This document shows positions 1 through 10,792 of a stretch of 64,000 bases of DNA, piece after piece. The notes under the pieces are model-generated. The model did no database searches, was not told where the DNA came from, and worked only from the letters and a program-made list of their open reading frames with translations. Source of the stretch: an uncultured bacterium (GTDB lineage Bacteria; Verrucomicrobiota; Kiritimatiellia; CAIKKV01); contig CALHRZ010000017.1 in the NCBI GenBank assembly GCA_938038445.1, positions 12,065 to 76,064 on the forward strand. Direction: 5' to 3'. The stretch's first letter is position 1, and each line of letters opens with the position of its first letter. A program made the translations under genes and the position numbers.

Positions 1-1928
1 AGCGGGCCGGCATCAATCGGACACGGCTTGTTCGTGGACGAAACCCCCGCCCGCCCTTCGAGATCACTCGTCAGGGCCCGACCTTCCTCAGCCGTTGACA
101 CAACTCGGGGGGTAACAAAAACCAGAAGATTGGTGCGTTCCCGTCCGTCCGCCGTTCGCCGGAACAGCCTCCCGATTAGGGGGATGGCACTCAAAACCGG
201 AATCCGCCGTTCTGTACGGACCTGATCTTCACGGATCAAGCCGCTGAGCACAATCGTCTCGCCGTTGGCCACGGTGACGGTCGTCGAAACTTCACGCCGG
301 GCAATTGTCGGCGTAAAGGGAGTCCCTGAAGGACCGGGATCCACAATGGCCTCGATGCTGGGATTCAGGGTCATGCGAACCAAACCATCCGGGGTGATAT
401 GGGGTGTCAGTTTGAGCTTGATCCCCACATCCATACGCTCAATGTTTTGTATGACATCCCGAGCCGTTCCGGTCCCCGCTTGAATGGTGGACCGTAGGAT
501 GGGAATGTTGTTCACCACGCTCACACTGGCATCCCGATTGTTCTGCGCAAGCAGCGGCACGTTCGAGAGAATCTTGAACCGTCCTTCCTTCCGCAACGCC
601 TGAATGTTGACGAGCGCCGGAAGCGCCGTCTGAAGCGTACCGTCCGCTGCCAGGCGCATGCCCCGTGCAAGGCCGATCGTCAAGCCCTGGGGAAACAGCC
701 CCCCTTCGACGGCCCTCATAATGGCCTCGGCGGATTCATTAAGCATTCCGCTCCCCTGAAACGCATACCGCCCCACGTCGCCGGGCGCCCCTAATGCCGC
801 CCATTCCACGCCCCATTCGCCCCCCTCGCTGGCCGAGACTTCCGCAATCAGCACTTCGATCAAGACTTGACCGGGAAACTGATCCAATTGCCGGACAAGG
901 GCTTCCACCTGCTCGAAGTCGCGAGGGGCAGCGTCCACCAGCAGTGCATTGTTGGCCGGATTCGCTTCGAGAAACACAGCGCCGGTTGGCCCAGCTCCTT
1001 TCGGACTCGAGGCGGAGGCCGCCAGAAGCGCTTTCAGGCTGGCCGCCGCTTCCTCAGCCGGCAAATGCTTCAGAAAGATGGCACGCAGCCGTCCCCGCCC
1101 TGCTTCCGGCTCCGAATCCAAACGGGCCACAAGGGTTTTCATTTCCTCGACGGCCGCCCGAGATCCCACAAGGATCAACCCGTTAATCTGCGGCGCTGCG
1201 ACAGCCTTGACCGCCCCGGTTCGCTCTCCAGGCGCAATCTGGCGACGAATGCGATCCGCTTCGGTTTCCAGAACGGCCATGGCTTCCGTCAGTTGGCGGG
1301 CTGCCTCTTCGGCCGAAGCGTGCCGCAAAGGGACTACCTCGACAACCCGAGCCAGCCCTGGCCGGTCTACGTTCGCCGCAATCTGTTCGACTCGAATGAC
1401 CCAATCGGCCGGCCCGCCGGCCACCAACATGTTGGCCGACGGAAGAACTCCAACGTAGCCTTTCCTCTCGCCACCGCCCATTTCGTTCAGCGCATTGCGT
1501 AACTCCTGGGCAGGAATGTGTTCCAACCGAAAGACCTTGGTGACCCACCCCGCCCCCGCCGGAGACTCGTCGGGACCTGCCACACGCCCCAAGACGCCGG
1601 CGGCATCCGCACGCGCGGTCACACGCGTAAGGCCGTCTTCCCCCTCCCAGACCACGCACCCCGCCGATTCCAAAACAGCCGCCAAGAGAGGATATAAATC
1701 CCCCACCGGAACATTCGCGGCCGTCAGCGAAACCCGCCCCTTGATCCCTTCAGCCACCAGGATCCGCCGACCGATCATCTCCCCCATCGTCGTGACAAAT
1801 GCCGGAATTTCTACCCCTTCGAAATGAAGGTCCACGCGCCCTTCGTTCATGGTTTGGGCGGGCAACAACGCGATGAACGACAACAGATAGACTATACCCG
1901 CTGTTCCAGTGATCCGAACGCGTTTCAT
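1..1928 (-). CDS. Secretin (GspD/PilQ family; type II secretion / type IV pilus outer-membrane channel). The 3' end runs off the window start.
   Basis: I translated the minus strand by hand from the ATG at 1928..1926: MKRVRITGTAGIVYLLSFIALLPAQT (signal peptide), then an N0-like domain (VDLHFEGVEIPAFVTTMGEMIGRRILVAEGIKGRVSL), then the C-terminal secretin core (VPLLAQNNRDASVSVVNNIPIL...TVTVANGETIVLSGLIREDQ...IPVLSAIPLIGRLFRR...LLVFVTPRVV). No stop occurs before position 1, which is why it is missing from the ORF track. The start overlaps the lptF/G stop (TAATG). Confidence 0.75.
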   Translation of the reverse strand, partial: MKRVRITGTAGIVYLLSFIALLPAQTMNEGRVDLHFEGVEIPAFVTTMGEMIGRRILVAEGIKGRVSLTAANVPVGDLYPLLAAVLESAGCVVWEGEDGLTRVTARADAAGVLGRVAGPDESPAGAGWVTKVFRLEHIPAQELRNALNEMGGGERKGYVGVLPSANMLVAGGPADWVIRVEQIAANVDRPGLARVVEVVPLRHASAEEAARQLTEAMAVLETEADRIRRQIAPGERTGAVKAVAAPQINGLILVGSRAAVEEMKTLVARLDSEPEAGRGRLRAIFLKHLPAEEAAASLKALLAASASSPKGAGPTGAVFLEANPANNALLVDAAPRDFEQVEALVRQLDQFPGQVLIEVLIAEVSASEGGEWGVEWAALGAPGDVGRYAFQGSGMLNESAEAIMRAVEGGLFPQGLTIGLARGMRLAADGTLQTALPALVNIQALRKEGRFKILSNVPLLAQNNRDASVSVVNNIPILRSTIQAGTGTARDVIQNIERMDVGIKLKLTPHITPDGLVRMTLNPSIEAIVDPGPSGTPFTPTIARREVSTTVTVANGETIVLSGLIREDQVRTERRIPVLSAIPLIGRLFRRTADGRERTNLLVFVTPRVVSTAEEGRALTSDLEGRAGVSSTNKPCPIDAGP

Positions 1929-3001
1929 TAGTTCAACCGACGCATCAGCCATGTTCCCAGAATAAGAGAAACCAGAATGGGAAGCCAGACCAAAAGATGA
2001 GGCCGATATTCGGGATGATCGCCCAGGGACTTGGGAATAATGATCGCCATGTAAAAGAGAACAGCCACCAGAAGACTGAGGCCAAGACTGATCGAAGACT
2101 CCTTGCGGGGATTAAACACCGCAAGGGGAACGCCAAGTAGAACAAAAACCACCGCCGCCAGCGCCATGACTATCCGTTTATGGATTTCCACCAAAAGCCG
2201 GTAGCGGCGGAGCGGGGCGGCGGCGGTTGCCGCCATCTCCTCTACGATCTCCGTCAGCGTCAGGGTGGTGGGCTTCTTTTCATCCGAAAGGGTAGCGGTA
2301 CTTCGGATCGGAAGCCGAATCGGCCACCGCTGAACAAACCCACCAGCGGCTCCCCCTTCGAGGAAGGGCGTGATCTTGACCTCTCGCAGATCCATTTCAG
2401 CATAATCGCCTTCGGGAGAAAGAGCCAGGTGGCCCGAGCGCGCCTCGATCCGCCGCAGCGAACCGTTCCGAAGGGTCTGCAAAATCAGGACATCGTAAAT
2501 GGCATCCCCCTCCCGTTTCCCGATCCGGACGGAAAGGGTCGGCCCAAGCGCGATAAACTGGCCTTCTTCCAACAGGCTAAGGGCCAGCGAGGACCGCATC
2601 TGGGAGAGCAGTTCCCGCTGCCGTGTCTCAATGCGGGGCGCAATTTCGAAATTGACAGTCAACTCGACGGCGGCAAGAAACGCGCCAATCAGCATGGGCA
2701 TCCGGATCGCCTGCCAAAGGCTGATTCCGCAGGACTTCATCGCCGTCAGCTCCTGATCCCTGGCCAACCGGCCAAACAGTAAAAGAGTGGCCGTCAGCAG
2801 ACTTATCGGAATCGAAAAGGAAAGAAAAATCAGAAAGGAAAGCCCGAAAAACCGCACAATATCCTGAGAAGGAGCCCCCCGCGCCAGAAGATCGGTCAGT
2901 TTAAACAGGCTGAGCAGGGACATGACAAACGTCATCACGACGAGCACGGCCGCCACGGTCGCCAGAAAAGAGAGACCGATGTAACGTTGAAGAATTCGCA
3001 T
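1928..3001 (-). CDS. LptF/LptG family LPS export permease (YjgP/YjgQ)
   Basis: The 357-aa product begins at MRILQRYIGLSFL (ATG at 3001). It has multi-TM N- and C-terminal halves around a periplasmic beta-jellyroll-like middle, the typical LptF/G architecture. The ORF-track start at 3223 is a spurious N-terminal extension. Confidence 0.75.
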   Translation of the reverse strand: MRILQRYIGLSFLATVAAVLVVMTFVMSLLSLFKLTDLLARGAPSQDIVRFFGLSFLIFLSFSIPISLLTATLLLFGRLARDQELTAMKSCGISLWQAIRMPMLIGAFLAAVELTVNFEIAPRIETRQRELLSQMRSSLALSLLEEGQFIALGPTLSVRIGKREGDAIYDVLILQTLRNGSLRRIEARSGHLALSPEGDYAEMDLREVKITPFLEGGAAGGFVQRWPIRLPIRSTATLSDEKKPTTLTLTEIVEEMAATAAAPLRRYRLLVEIHKRIVMALAAVVFVLLGVPLAVFNPRKESSISLGLSLLVAVLFYMAIIIPKSLGDHPEYRPHLLVWLPILVSLILGTWLMRRLN

Positions 3002-3039
3002 AAATAAATTAACCGGGCCGCCGAAACCGTTTCCGGTCT

Positions 3040-4458
3040 TCAATACCGGTAATGGTCCGGCTTGAAAGGTCCGTCGGGCGACACACCGAGATAGACCGCC
3101 TGGCGGCGCGTGAGACGGTCCAGTTTCACACCCAATTGGGCCAGATGAAGCCGGGCCACCTCCTCGTCCAGACGTTTGGGGAGAACATAAACGCCGGGCG
3201 CATACTGGCCCCGCCGAGTCCAAAGTTCAATCTGAGCAAGGACCTGATTCGTGAAACTGTTGGACATGACAAAGCTCGGGTGCCCGGTCGCGCATCCCAG
3301 ATTAACCAACCGCCCCTGCGCCAACAGGATAATGCTTTTCCCATTCGGAAAGGTGATTTTATCCACTTGCGGTTTAATATTTTCCCAGCGGTATTTTCGG
3401 AGGCGCTCCACCTGGATCTCATCATCGAAGTGGCCAATGTTGCACACAATCGCCATGTCCTTCATGCGCCGCATGTGCCGCTCTGTGATGACGTCGCAAC
3501 AGCCCGTCGCCGTCACAAAAATATCTCCAATCCGGCAGGCTTCCTCCATCGGCATGATTTCATATCCCTCCATGGCGGCCTGAAGCGCGCAAATGGGATC
3601 AATCTCCGTGACGATGACTCGGGCACCCTGGCCGCGAAGCGCGGCGCAACAGCCTTTGCCGACATCCCCGTATCCCGCCACAACGGCGATTTTTCCTGCA
3701 ATCATAACGTCCGTCGCGCGGTTCAGACCATCTACGATGGAATGACGGCAGCCGTAGAGGTTGTCGAACTTGGATTTCGTGACCGAATCATTGACATTAA
3801 AGGCGGGAAATCGGAGCCGCTTTTCCCGGTGCATCTGCAGCAAACGCCGAACCCCCGTCGTGGTTTCTTCGGAAACGCCCACCAGTCGCGCCGCCATCCG
3901 ATGAAAACGGCCGGGATCGCGTTCGAGCACCGACCGAATCCGCTTCAAAAGGGCCGCTTCGTCCCCACCCCGGGGACGCCGTTGGAGTACGGCGGGATCC
4001 TCCTCCGCTTGGCAACCGAGATGGAGGAACAGCGTAGCATCCCCCCCGTCGTCCACAATGAGGTCAGGCCCCCCCTCGGCCCCCCAGTCTAGGGCGCGAT
4101 CGGTAAACTCCCAGTATTCATCCAGCGTCTCGCCCTTGCGGGCAAACACCGGAACCCCTTTGACGGCAAGAGCCGCCGCCGCATGATCCTGAGTGGAAAA
4201 GATGTTGCAGCTTGCCCATCGAACGCGAGCGCCCAACGCGAGAAGGGTCTCAATGAGAACAGCCGTCTGAATGGTCATGTGAAGCGAGCCGCTGATGTGC
4301 GCTCCCTTCAAAGGTTTCGCTCCCGCATAGCGGCGCCGGATCTCCATCAAACCGGGCATTTCCTTTTCCGCCCACGCGATCTCTCGGCGGCCCCATCCCG
4401 CCAGCTCGAGATCCGCCACCACATAATCCGCTATATCGCGCGTTCGCTTCGCACCCAT
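3040..4458 (-). CDS. ahcY: S-adenosyl-L-homocysteine hydrolase (adenosylhomocysteinase)
   Basis: Start is [27 protein letters not shown]. It carries the NAD-binding motif [19 protein letters not shown] and the tail [17 protein letters not shown]. The 472-aa length is typical. Confidence 0.9.
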   Translation of the reverse strand: MGAKRTRDIADYVVADLELAGWGRREIAWAEKEMPGLMEIRRRYAGAKPLKGAHISGSLHMTIQTAVLIETLLALGARVRWASCNIFSTQDHAAAALAVKGVPVFARKGETLDEYWEFTDRALDWGAEGGPDLIVDDGGDATLFLHLGCQAEEDPAVLQRRPRGGDEAALLKRIRSVLERDPGRFHRMAARLVGVSEETTTGVRRLLQMHREKRLRFPAFNVNDSVTKSKFDNLYGCRHSIVDGLNRATDVMIAGKIAVVAGYGDVGKGCCAALRGQGARVIVTEIDPICALQAAMEGYEIMPMEEACRIGDIFVTATGCCDVITERHMRRMKDMAIVCNIGHFDDEIQVERLRKYRWENIKPQVDKITFPNGKSIILLAQGRLVNLGCATGHPSFVMSNSFTNQVLAQIELWTRRGQYAPGVYVLPKRLDEEVARLHLAQLGVKLDRLTRRQAVYLGVSPDGPFKPDHYRY

Positions 4459-4474
4459 GATTATCCCTCCCCCC

Positions 4475-5641
4475 TCACACGGCTTCCCGCAAAGCCTCAA
4501 GACGGTCCGTCCGTTCCCATGTAAAGACTTCCGCCGGCGTTGTGCGCCCAAAATGCCCATACGAGGTCGTGTGGGTAAAGATCGGCCTGAGGAGATCAAG
4601 CGTCCGGATGATCTCGGCAGGCTTGAGCGGAAAAACACGCCGAACTGCCGCCTCAATTCGCGCTTCGTCCAGATGGCCTGTGCCAAACGTTTCCACCCGG
4701 ACCGAAACGGGATCGGGATATCCAATCGCATAGGCAAGCTGCACTTCGCACCGCCGCGCCAGACGGGCGGCCACAATGTTCTTGGCAATGTAGCGCGCCA
4801 TGTATGCGGCGCTCCGGTCCACCTTGGAAGGATCCTTCCCGGAAAATGCGCCGCCCCCGTGCCGCCCCATGCCCCCGTACGTGTCCACAATGATCTTGCG
4901 CCCCGTCAACCCGCAGTCGCCCTTAGGACCCCCCAGGACGAATCGCCCCGTAGGATTGACGAGTATCCGCGTTTTCCGGGTTAGAAGATCCGCGGGAACA
5001 GTCGGGCGGATGATCGTCTCGATAATCCCTTCCCGAAGCGTCCGGTACCCAACTTCGGGCGCATGCTGGGACGAAACGACCACCGTGGTCACTTCCCGAG
5101 GGCGTCCCTCTTCATAAGCCACCGTAACCTGCGTTTTGCCGTCGGGGCGAAGAAACGGCAGCGTTTTTTTGCGACGAGCCGTCGCCAGCGCTTGACTCAG
5201 CCGATGGGCCAGCATGATGGGCATCGGCATCAACTGGGGCGTTTCGTCGCATGCATACCCAAACATCATCCCCTGATCCCCAGCCCCCTGCTCCCGATTG
5301 TACAATCCCTGACCGGGAGTCACGCCCCGCGCAATGTCCGGAGACTGGCGTTCGATCGCCACCAACACCGCAACCGTCTCGTCCGAAAAGCCCAGTTCCG
5401 GGTCCGTATATCCGATCCGCCGAATCTGGGCGCGGGCCACATCCCCGTAATTCACCTGGACCGCACTGGTGATTTCACCGGCGATGACCACCATACCGGA
5501 TTTGACAAGCGTTTCGCAGGCAACTCGGCTTCCCGGATCCCCCGCAAGATGCGCATCCAGCACAGCATCTGAAATCGCATCCGCCACCTTGTCCGGATGC
5601 CCCTCCGTAACCGATTCTGAAGAAAATAGACGTTGTTTCAT
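4475..5641 (-). CDS. metK: S-adenosylmethionine synthetase
   Basis: Hallmark motifs are [30 protein letters not shown] and [19 protein letters not shown]. The product is 388 aa. Confidence 0.92.
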   Translation of the reverse strand: MKQRLFSSESVTEGHPDKVADAISDAVLDAHLAGDPGSRVACETLVKSGMVVIAGEITSAVQVNYGDVARAQIRRIGYTDPELGFSDETVAVLVAIERQSPDIARGVTPGQGLYNREQGAGDQGMMFGYACDETPQLMPMPIMLAHRLSQALATARRKKTLPFLRPDGKTQVTVAYEEGRPREVTTVVVSSQHAPEVGYRTLREGIIETIIRPTVPADLLTRKTRILVNPTGRFVLGGPKGDCGLTGRKIIVDTYGGMGRHGGGAFSGKDPSKVDRSAAYMARYIAKNIVAARLARRCEVQLAYAIGYPDPVSVRVETFGTGHLDEARIEAAVRRVFPLKPAEIIRTLDLLRPIFTHTTSYGHFGRTTPAEVFTWERTDRLEALREAV

Positions 5642-5667
5642 CACAGCTCCCTGAAAACCGAATAGTA

Positions 5668-7452
5668 TCATGAAAAGGCGCCAATAAGGTCAAGCAATTC
5701 GGGCGCCACCCGGCGAATCATTCCCCGGCACATGGCGAGAACTGCGTCGGCCGTTTCCGCCGCAAGCGCCTCTTCCGCCAACGCACGGCATTCCGACGAC
5801 GAGCATTTGAGAAGGTAATGCTTGACGAGCGGAATGTTCGCCGGATTCATGCTCAGCCGGCGGACGCCTAATCCCACCAGCAGAGGGGTCAAGACCGGAT
5901 CGCCCGCCATTTCGCCGCAAACCCCCGTCCAAATACCCGCGTGGCGTCCTCCTTCCACGGTCGTTCGAATGAGTCGAAGGATCGCCGGATGGGTCGGCGC
6001 ATAAAGCGACGCCACCCGATCGTTTACCCGATCCACGGCCAGGGTGTATTGGATGAGATCGTTGGTCCCCAGACTGAAAAACGCAACCTCCTTCGCCAGG
6101 ATATCCGCCGCGACCGCAGCCGCCGGCGTTTCAATCATGATCCCAACCGGCATGCGTTCACCAAAGGGCATGCCTTCCCGGTGGAGTTCTTCGCGGACCT
6201 CCTGAAGCAGCGCATTGGCTCGCCGGACTTCCTCGACCGTCGTGATCATCGGATACATCAAGAGGACATTTCCTCCCACAGCCGCACGCAAGATGGCCCG
6301 CAGCTGGATTTTAAAGATTTCAGGATAGGCAAGACAAAACCGGATCGCGCGGAACCCAAGGAACGGATTGGCTTCTATAGGAGTTCGAAAGGCGGGCAGA
6401 ACTTTGTCCCCCCCACTGTCCAGGGTCCGAATGATCAGGGATGCCGGCGCAACAGCCTCCGCCGCCTTCCGGTAGGCTGCATATTGTGTCGCTTCGTCCG
6501 GTAACGTATCGGCTTTCATAAACAGATATTCCGACCGCATCAGGCCGACCCCTTCGGCCCCGTGCCGACGAACCTCCCGGGCTTCCTCCGGCGTCTCAAT
6601 GTTTGCCTCCACCGCAATGTCAACGCCGTCGGCCGTCCGTCCCTTCTCGTGTTGATGGCGAACCGCCAAATCCCGCCGAATCTTCTGCCGCCATTCGACC
6701 AGTTTCCCATATTCCCGCAGCCGGGACGCCGCAGGATGAATGACCACCAGCCCTTTGTCGCCATCCACCAGCAGTTCATCCCCCGGCGCGACCGATCGGC
6801 AAACGTCCCGAAGCCCAACCACAGCCGGTATTTCGAGCCCCCGCGCCATGATCGCCGTATGCGAAAGGGGGCTGCCCCCTTCCGTCACAAACCCCAACAC
6901 TTGATCTTTTCGAAACATGGCGGTTTCCGACGGCCCCAAATCATTCGCGACCACCACACATTTCGTCTGAACCCCCGAAAGCGAAGGAACCTGACGGCCC
7001 ATGAGATTCCGGATCAAACGCCGCGCGACGTCTCGAATGTCGGCAACGCGCTCCTTCAAATAATCGTCTTGCAAAGCCGAAAGCGCTTTGGAATATTCGA
7101 CCGCCGCTTCCTGCGTCGCCTGCTCGGCGTTCATCCCCTGCTCGCGGATTTTTCGGACAACCCGGTCAATAAATAAACCGTCTTCCAACACCATCTGATG
7201 CATCTCGAAAATGCCTGCGTCGGCACGCCCAATCGTCTCGGTGGCATGGGATTGAATCTCGCGCAACTGCCGCCGCGTTTCGATGACCGCCCGCTCAAAA
7301 CGCGCGATCTCCTTCATAATCTCGCTCTCGGCAATCGCCCGAACGGGCACCTCCTCGTCCTCTCGAGAAAGGACAACCGCAGGGCCTACCGCCACTCCGC
7401 TGGAAACCCCCATGCCTTGCAGCAAAATCTCCGGTTTTTCCCTTCCCGGCAT
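5668..7452 (-). CDS. ptsI: Phosphoenolpyruvate-protein phosphotransferase (PTS Enzyme I)
   Basis: 594 aa. It has the active-site-His region [22 protein letters not shown] and a PEP-utilising C-terminal domain ([16 protein letters not shown]). Confidence 0.88.
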   Translation of the reverse strand: MPGREKPEILLQGMGVSSGVAVGPAVVLSREDEEVPVRAIAESEIMKEIARFERAVIETRRQLREIQSHATETIGRADAGIFEMHQMVLEDGLFIDRVVRKIREQGMNAEQATQEAAVEYSKALSALQDDYLKERVADIRDVARRLIRNLMGRQVPSLSGVQTKCVVVANDLGPSETAMFRKDQVLGFVTEGGSPLSHTAIMARGLEIPAVVGLRDVCRSVAPGDELLVDGDKGLVVIHPAASRLREYGKLVEWRQKIRRDLAVRHQHEKGRTADGVDIAVEANIETPEEAREVRRHGAEGVGLMRSEYLFMKADTLPDEATQYAAYRKAAEAVAPASLIIRTLDSGGDKVLPAFRTPIEANPFLGFRAIRFCLAYPEIFKIQLRAILRAAVGGNVLLMYPMITTVEEVRRANALLQEVREELHREGMPFGERMPVGIMIETPAAAVAADILAKEVAFFSLGTNDLIQYTLAVDRVNDRVASLYAPTHPAILRLIRTTVEGGRHAGIWTGVCGEMAGDPVLTPLLVGLGVRRLSMNPANIPLVKHYLLKCSSSECRALAEEALAAETADAVLAMCRGMIRRVAPELLDLIGAFS

Positions 7453-7459
7453 CCGACGC

Positions 7460-7759
7460 CTACTCCTCGTAAAACTTGTTCTCGATCAACTGCTCAAGTT
7501 CCTGGAGTACGCGATCGGCATCGGTTCCGATCGCCGTCACCTTCATTTTGGAGCCCAACCCCGCTTCCAATGTCATGAGCCCCATGATGCTTTTCCCCGA
7601 AACCGTATTCCCGTCTTTTTCCACCAACACATCGGAATCGTATTTCGATGCAATCTTGACAAAAAGCGCCGACGGCCGGGCATGCAGACCGAATTTGTTC
7701 TTGATCGTGAACACTTTCAGCCGTGTAAGAGGCTTTTGCGAATCCGAATTCTGGCTCAC
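7460..7759 (-). CDS. ptsH: Phosphocarrier protein HPr
   Basis: 99 aa. The KNKFGLHARPSA motif places the His15-equivalent correctly, and GKSIMGLMTL places Ser46 correctly. Confidence 0.85.
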   Translation of the reverse strand: MSQNSDSQKPLTRLKVFTIKNKFGLHARPSALFVKIASKYDSDVLVEKDGNTVSGKSIMGLMTLEAGLGSKMKVTAIGTDADRVLQELEQLIENKFYEE

Positions 7760-8715
7760 GAAGGACGTTCTCCCGTCAGTATGGCTTTCAGTTTGCGATC
7801 CAATTCAGCCCCCGCATCATGTCCCTGCAGCCTCAACCGATGGACAAGAGCCGCCGTTTCCACCACATTGGCCAGATCGCGGCCCGGCGCCACAGGAATC
7901 TCCACAAACGGAATTTCAACCCCAAGCACGTTGCGAGTCGGCTGCTCCTGTCCGTCTCGTATCAGCTCGGTTTCGACTTGGCTGTCCGGAGAAAGATGGA
8001 TGATCAAATCGAGAGTCTTTTCGTCCCGAACAGCCGCAATCCCATACAAGCTGGGAACATGGATGATTCCGACGCCTCGAATTTCCATGTGGTGCCGCGT
8101 CACCTCGGAAGGCGTTCCAATCACCGACCCTGTACTGTCACGGCGCATCCACGTCACGTCGTCTGAAACCAACCGATGGCCGCGTTTGATAAGGGAAAGC
8201 GCCAGTTCGCTCTTCCCCATCCCCGCCTTACCTTGCAGAAGAACCCCCAGCCCAAACACCTCCAACAGCGTCCCTTGCATCAGCAGACGAGGCGCAATGA
8301 GATTCTCCATCAGCACCGTCGCCGAATTGATGAAATTCATCGTCACCATCGGACTCCGCAAAGCCGGCGTTTGCGTCTGATCGCAGAGCTCCTGGACCTC
8401 CGCCGGCAACCGTCGTCCCCGCGTCACCACAAGGCAGGGGATGTCGCAGGCGAGCACCCGCGCCATACGGTTTCGCCGCTCCGCCAAGGGAAGAGAGGCG
8501 AGATACGCCAGCTCCGCATTGCCCAGGATCTGGACGCGCCGATGCGCAAAATAACTGAAAAAACCCGTCAACGCTAGCCCCAAACGGTTGAGCGAGGGCT
8601 CCTGAATCGGCCGTTTAAGCCCCGCATTCCCGGCCACAAGATCCAACTGAAGGCGGGCTCGACCGCTTTGATAAAAGGTTTCAACCGTCAACGTGGGTTT
8701 TCCAGGCGGAATCAT
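7756..8715 (-). CDS. hprK: HPr kinase/phosphorylase
   Basis: 319 aa. It has the P-loop GKAGMGKSELAL and the HprK signature LVSDDVTWMRR...HMEIRGVGII. A 4-nt overlap joins it to ptsH. Confidence 0.85.
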   Translation of the reverse strand: MIPPGKPTLTVETFYQSGRARLQLDLVAGNAGLKRPIQEPSLNRLGLALTGFFSYFAHRRVQILGNAELAYLASLPLAERRNRMARVLACDIPCLVVTRGRRLPAEVQELCDQTQTPALRSPMVTMNFINSATVLMENLIAPRLLMQGTLLEVFGLGVLLQGKAGMGKSELALSLIKRGHRLVSDDVTWMRRDSTGSVIGTPSEVTRHHMEIRGVGIIHVPSLYGIAAVRDEKTLDLIIHLSPDSQVETELIRDGQEQPTRNVLGVEIPFVEIPVAPGRDLANVVETAALVHRLRLQGHDAGAELDRKLKAILTGERPS

Positions 8716-9068
8716 TCTGAATTCTCTTCCCCTTTCAGGCGCTGGACTTCCAACCGCCCCAGTTTCTCCCCGTTCTGATGCTGGGTGATCCGCTTCTCAC
8801 GAAACCGATTCAGCTGACGCACTATCTTGTCCACCGCCCGATCAATCGAAGCATAAAGATCTTCCGATTCATCTTTCACCTCTGTTTGAAGATGGGAACG
8901 GCCGGTCACGACAATCTCCGCGATGCGGCGAAATTTCGAGACATCCAGGATGACATGGACGGACTGGACGAACGGAAAATCGGCCAGATGATGCTCGACC
9001 CGTTTCCGAGCGTACTCCTTGATGGCATCCGTTACTTCCACGTGGCGTCCCGTGATTTCGATGCGCAT
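8712..9068 (-). CDS. hpf: Ribosome hibernation promoting factor (HPF / RaiA / sigma-54 modulation protein family)
   Basis: Start is MRIEITGRHVEVTDAIKEYARKRVEH..., the classic YfiA/HPF N-terminus. The ATG at 9068 is preferred over the ORF-track start at 9143. Confidence 0.8.
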   Translation of the reverse strand: MRIEITGRHVEVTDAIKEYARKRVEHHLADFPFVQSVHVILDVSKFRRIAEIVVTGRSHLQTEVKDESEDLYASIDRAVDKIVRQLNRFREKRITQHQNGEKLGRLEVQRLKGEENSE

Positions 9069-9093
9069 GGCATCTCCCTTTGGTTGTTCGGTT

Positions 9094-9849
9094 TTACATA
9101 CTAAACCGGGGACCCAGATAGAGCTCCCGGCTAACCGGATCATGAATCAGGAACGAGGCGGAACCCTCCCGTAGGACCTTTCCTTCGCAAATAAGACAGG
9201 CACGGTCCACGATCGAGAGCGTCTCGCGAACATTATGGTCGGTGATCAGAATCCCAAGTCCCCGTTCCCGCAAATCCGAAATGATCTTCTGCACGTCGTA
9301 AACCGCCAACGGATCCACCCCGCTGAAGGGTTCGTCAAGCAAAATCATCGCCGGCTCCGTGACCAGGGCCCGGGTAATCTCCAGGCGGCGCCGCTCCCCA
9401 CCACTCAGGGTGTGAGCCGGCTGTTTCGCCAGCGTCGTCAAACCCAACCGCGCCAGAAGCCGTTCCAGCCGTTCCCGCCGTTCGCGGGCCGTCAACGGCA
9501 GCGTCTCGAGAATCGCCATCACGTTCTCGGCAACCGTCAATTTCCGAAAAATAGAAGGTTCCTGCGACAAATACCCCATTCCGGCCCGCGCACGTCGATA
9601 CATCGGCCACGCGGTCACATCCTTCCCCCGAAACCATACCCGCCCCCCATCCGCACGGATCAACCCCACAATCATGTAAAACGTGGTGGTCTTTCCGGCG
9701 CCATTCGGACCCAACAAGCCCACCACCTCTCCCGGCCGTACGGCCAACGAGACGCCGTCCACCACCCGCCGCCCCCGGTACACCTTCACCAAACCCTCCG
9801 CTCGCAAGAGCTCCCCATTCGATGCTTCGCCTCCGGTCACAACCCCCAT
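9094..9849 (-). CDS. lptB: LPS export ABC transporter ATP-binding protein LptB
   Basis: Walker A is GLLGPNGAGKTT, the signature is LSGGERRRLEI, and Walker B is ILLDEPFSGVD. It sits immediately downstream of lptA/lptC, as in Proteobacteria. Confidence 0.85.
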   Translation of the reverse strand: MGVVTGGEASNGELLRAEGLVKVYRGRRVVDGVSLAVRPGEVVGLLGPNGAGKTTTFYMIVGLIRADGGRVWFRGKDVTAWPMYRRARAGMGYLSQEPSIFRKLTVAENVMAILETLPLTARERRERLERLLARLGLTTLAKQPAHTLSGGERRRLEITRALVTEPAMILLDEPFSGVDPLAVYDVQKIISDLRERGLGILITDHNVRETLSIVDRACLICEGKVLREGSASFLIHDPVSRELYLGPRFSM

Positions 9850-10328
9850 CCCTTCGATCCCTCTTTCCCGGGCGATAGAATCATGACCGGCCGTTCGCAT
9901 TCAACCCGATTGGTGGTTCGCCAGAATGTGATTTTCGTACCACTCAACTGTTCCGTTCCACGCAGGACCATCGCATTGCCGGTCAACACCAACCGACCAT
10001 CCTCAACAGTATACTCCGCCTCGTCCGCCGTGGCAATCCGATCCTGCTCGGTGATCCGCACCCGACCCGTTGCTCGGGCCGACTGAAGCTGCTGGGTCTT
10101 GGAATCCAGCTGAACAACCAACCGCTCGGCCTCGATTCTCATCGTCGGATCCTTCGCGACGACTTCCCCCTCGAAAACCGCCGTCATTTTCCCATAATCG
10201 AAAACCAGCTTTCGGGCCGTGATTTCCGTTCGGTTGGTGCCACTCTCCCCCCCTGAAGCAAGGTCCTGAGCCCGAAGCCCAGGAATGCAAAAAATGATGA
10301 TTAGAATGACCTCCAAAATCCGCTTCAT
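9837..10328 (-). CDS. lptA: LPS transport periplasmic protein LptA (OstA-like N-terminal domain)
   Basis: Start is MKRILEVILIIIFCIPGLRAQ (signal peptide), followed by an OstA_N-like beta-jellyroll (AERLVVQLDSKTQ...ATGRVRITEQDRIATADEAEYTVEDGRLVLTGNAMV). The ATG at 10328 is verified in the sequence. Confidence 0.7.
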   Translation of the reverse strand: MKRILEVILIIIFCIPGLRAQDLASGGESGTNRTEITARKLVFDYGKMTAVFEGEVVAKDPTMRIEAERLVVQLDSKTQQLQSARATGRVRITEQDRIATADEAEYTVEDGRLVLTGNAMVLRGTEQLSGTKITFWRTTNRVECERPVMILSPGKEGSKGWGL

Positions 10329-10792
10329 GGCCTCTTCTCCCGCTCGAACCATTGTGTTCCCAGAGTGGTCACCACCCGGACATTCCGAAGAATGGTCACT
10401 TCGGTTCCGCCATTCTGCCACCGAAGTCCTTCCCCCGTCATTTGAAGTCCCGCACGGGTGACGCGAACTTCGCTCTCGGAAGTCATGCGCCCCGTCCGGA
10501 CATTGTAAAGACACTCCGCCGTCCACATTGTCATGCTCATCCGCCCTTCCTCATACACTTCCACACGGGCGTCGTAAAGGCGAATGAACGCCCCCTCCTT
10601 GACCGCCCTCTGTCCGTACAGTTCCGCCTTGAGTCGCCCCCCCTCGTCATAATGCGGCAAACGAAATTGCTCAAAGGTCATCGGCCCCGTTCCGGCTTCG
10701 GGAACGCGGATTTGGGCACGGGCGGCTCCCAAGACAACCCAAAGGCCAACCCCGGTCGCCAAAAGCCCTTCCCTAACCGGCCACAATCGCAT
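10325..10792 (-). CDS. LptC-like LPS export periplasmic/anchor protein
   Basis: The 155-aa product has an N-terminal hydrophobic anchor (LLATGVGLWVVLGAARA). It lies directly upstream of lptA-lptB, and the start overlaps lptA by 4 nt. The call rests on position and size. I did not see a sequence motif. Confidence 0.5.
   Translation of the reverse strand: MRLWPVREGLLATGVGLWVVLGAARAQIRVPEAGTGPMTFEQFRLPHYDEGGRLKAELYGQRAVKEGAFIRLYDARVEVYEEGRMSMTMWTAECLYNVRTGRMTSESEVRVTRAGLQMTGEGLRWQNGGTEVTILRNVRVVTTLGTQWFEREKRP

Noticed and set aside
794-1827. Several overlapping + strand ORFs (794..1186, 867..1502, 949..1458, 1495..1827) and a minus-strand ORF 1183..1659
   Set aside because: They are antisense or off-frame relative to the clearly conserved secretin reading frame. 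The products are Arg/Pro-rich and of low complexity, typical of high-GC spurious ORFs.
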